From assembly GCA_964016885.1 (NCBI GenBank), contig OZ024740.1:56358001-56422000 (forward strand): a stretch of DNA of 64,000 bases, in the 5' to 3' direction. This stretch comes from Eledone cirrhosa (Eukaryota). Positions 62,575 through 64,000 of the stretch are shown in pieces. Under the pieces are notes generated by a model that saw only the letters and a list, made by a program, of their open reading frames with translations, did not search any database and was not told where the DNA came from. The translations under genes were made by a program, and so were the position numbers. The number at the start of each line of letters is the position of its first letter. Positions within the stretch are counted from its first letter, which is position 1.

Positions 62575-63155
62575 TCAGGACAGCTCGTCCTGCATTGGGT
62601 CCCAACTGACACTCAGCTCTCACCTGTGTCCCCAAGAAGCTGTAGCACGCGACAGCGGCCACACCCCGGTAAACCGCCTTGGCTGACGGGCCGAACCAGG
62701 TTGAGGGTAGCCGGACGGGTCTGAAATCCCCAGGTGAGTTAGATAGGGGATGCCTATCTTTGCATGCGAAGACTGGACCCGGCGGAGTGAGTGGAGGAGG
62801 ACAACATCGTCCCAACGGTCACAAAGGCGGCGACAGCAAGCGGTGTTGAGCGCTAGGGCACGGCAAGGCACTACAGACGTCGTGGCCATCCACTGCAGCC
62901 AAGGAACTCCCTGGTCGTGACGGTCCTCCGTACCACCGGATTCTGGCTTCTGCGGCCGAGTGAGTGGGGCCGTCACTGTGCACTGGCCCTCCTACTATAA
63001 ACCTTTCCCGCACAGGTTTCTTCTTTAACGTGCCCCCACTGTCCTCGGACCTGCAAGTCAAGGATCGGCTACCACAGCCACCTTCGCGCCCACGGCAGAC
63101 GGGAATAAGAATGAAGAATATGTCATCATCGTTTACGATGGACAACCAAGACATA
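62575..63155 (+). mobile_element. GC-rich segment, probably the 5' UTR of a non-LTR retrotransposon
   Basis: GC-rich island ending in a short ORF start that is truncated by (CA)n. No diagnostic protein motif. Confidence 0.35.
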
Positions 63156-63156
63156 C

Positions 63157-63245
<89 letters not shown>

Positions 63246-63366
63246 ATATATATATAAGTATATATATATATAAATATATAAACGTAGCGCAAATATTTAT
63301 GAAGAAGATCCTGTAAGGCGTGAAAGCAGAGATTCCTTGCTTAAACCTTAATCTCTACTAATAATA

Positions 63367-63419
<53 letters not shown>

Positions 63420-63454
63420 AAGATCGGAATTAAAGTATTCCGCAGTTCACAGTA

Positions 63455-63710
63455 ATAATAATTGTTTCTACTTTAGGCACAAGGCCACCAATTACCCAGT
63501 ACATTACTGGTACTTTTTTTATCGACCCCGTAAGGATGAAAGGCAAAGTTAACCTCGGCGGGATTTGAACTCAGACTGTAAAGGGACGTAACTATGCTAG
63601 AAAACATGGCGTCCAACCCTCTACCGATACTGCCAATTCACAGTAATAATAATTGTTTCTACTTTAGGCACAAGGCCAGCAATTACCAGTGCATTACTGG
63701 TACTTTAATA
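63455..63710 (-). mobile_element. SINE plus partial copy
   Basis: Same family as 3594; ttcacagtaataataatt is duplicated. Confidence 0.83.
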
Positions 63711-64000
63711 ATAATATTAGCTCGAATAACAGAGAATTTTCATCTGAGCTCAAATACAAATGTATTACGCAGAGAGAAGTGTGTTACACAGTGAGAAGTG
63801 TGTAAAAAATTATTACATGTGAGTTTAACCATTACTGTATGGAGTCAGAGATTTGATTCTGACTTAGTTTTTTTCTATTTAATTGCTAACCTGTAGGTAT
63901 TGTTCTCCATACAGTAACGGTTAAACTCACATGTAATAATTTTTTACACACTTCTCACTGTGTAACACACTTCTCTCTGTGTAATATATTTATATATATA

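Overview
AT-rich, repeat-dense animal genomic DNA. The SINE families and (TA)n/(CA)n load suggest an octopus or other cephalopod (inference). I can reconstruct four phase-compatible exons of a bHLH-PAS transcription factor (Met/CLOCK-like) on the minus strand (15916 to 2624), which continues past the left edge. One of its introns holds an antisense exon resembling threonine dehydratase/serine racemase. The most striking element is a ~10.7 kb palindrome (29337-40021) of near-identical 467-bp units, each carrying a minimal type I hammerhead ribozyme (HHR). It has 22 HHR copies, two head-to-head arms joined at a 5-bp microhomology, (TA)n on both sides, and a 3-unit higher-order SNP pattern in only one arm. 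The same architecture (fold-back insertion next to (TA)n) recurs about 15 times at smaller scale, including Penelope-like RT and GIY-YIG fragments. Where polarity can be read, the sense strands point outward. This suggests a Penelope/retrozyme-driven palindrome-forming insertion process. The rest is LINE, SINE, pogo and Tc1/mariner debris. All calls were made by eye, and most repeat boundaries are approximate.
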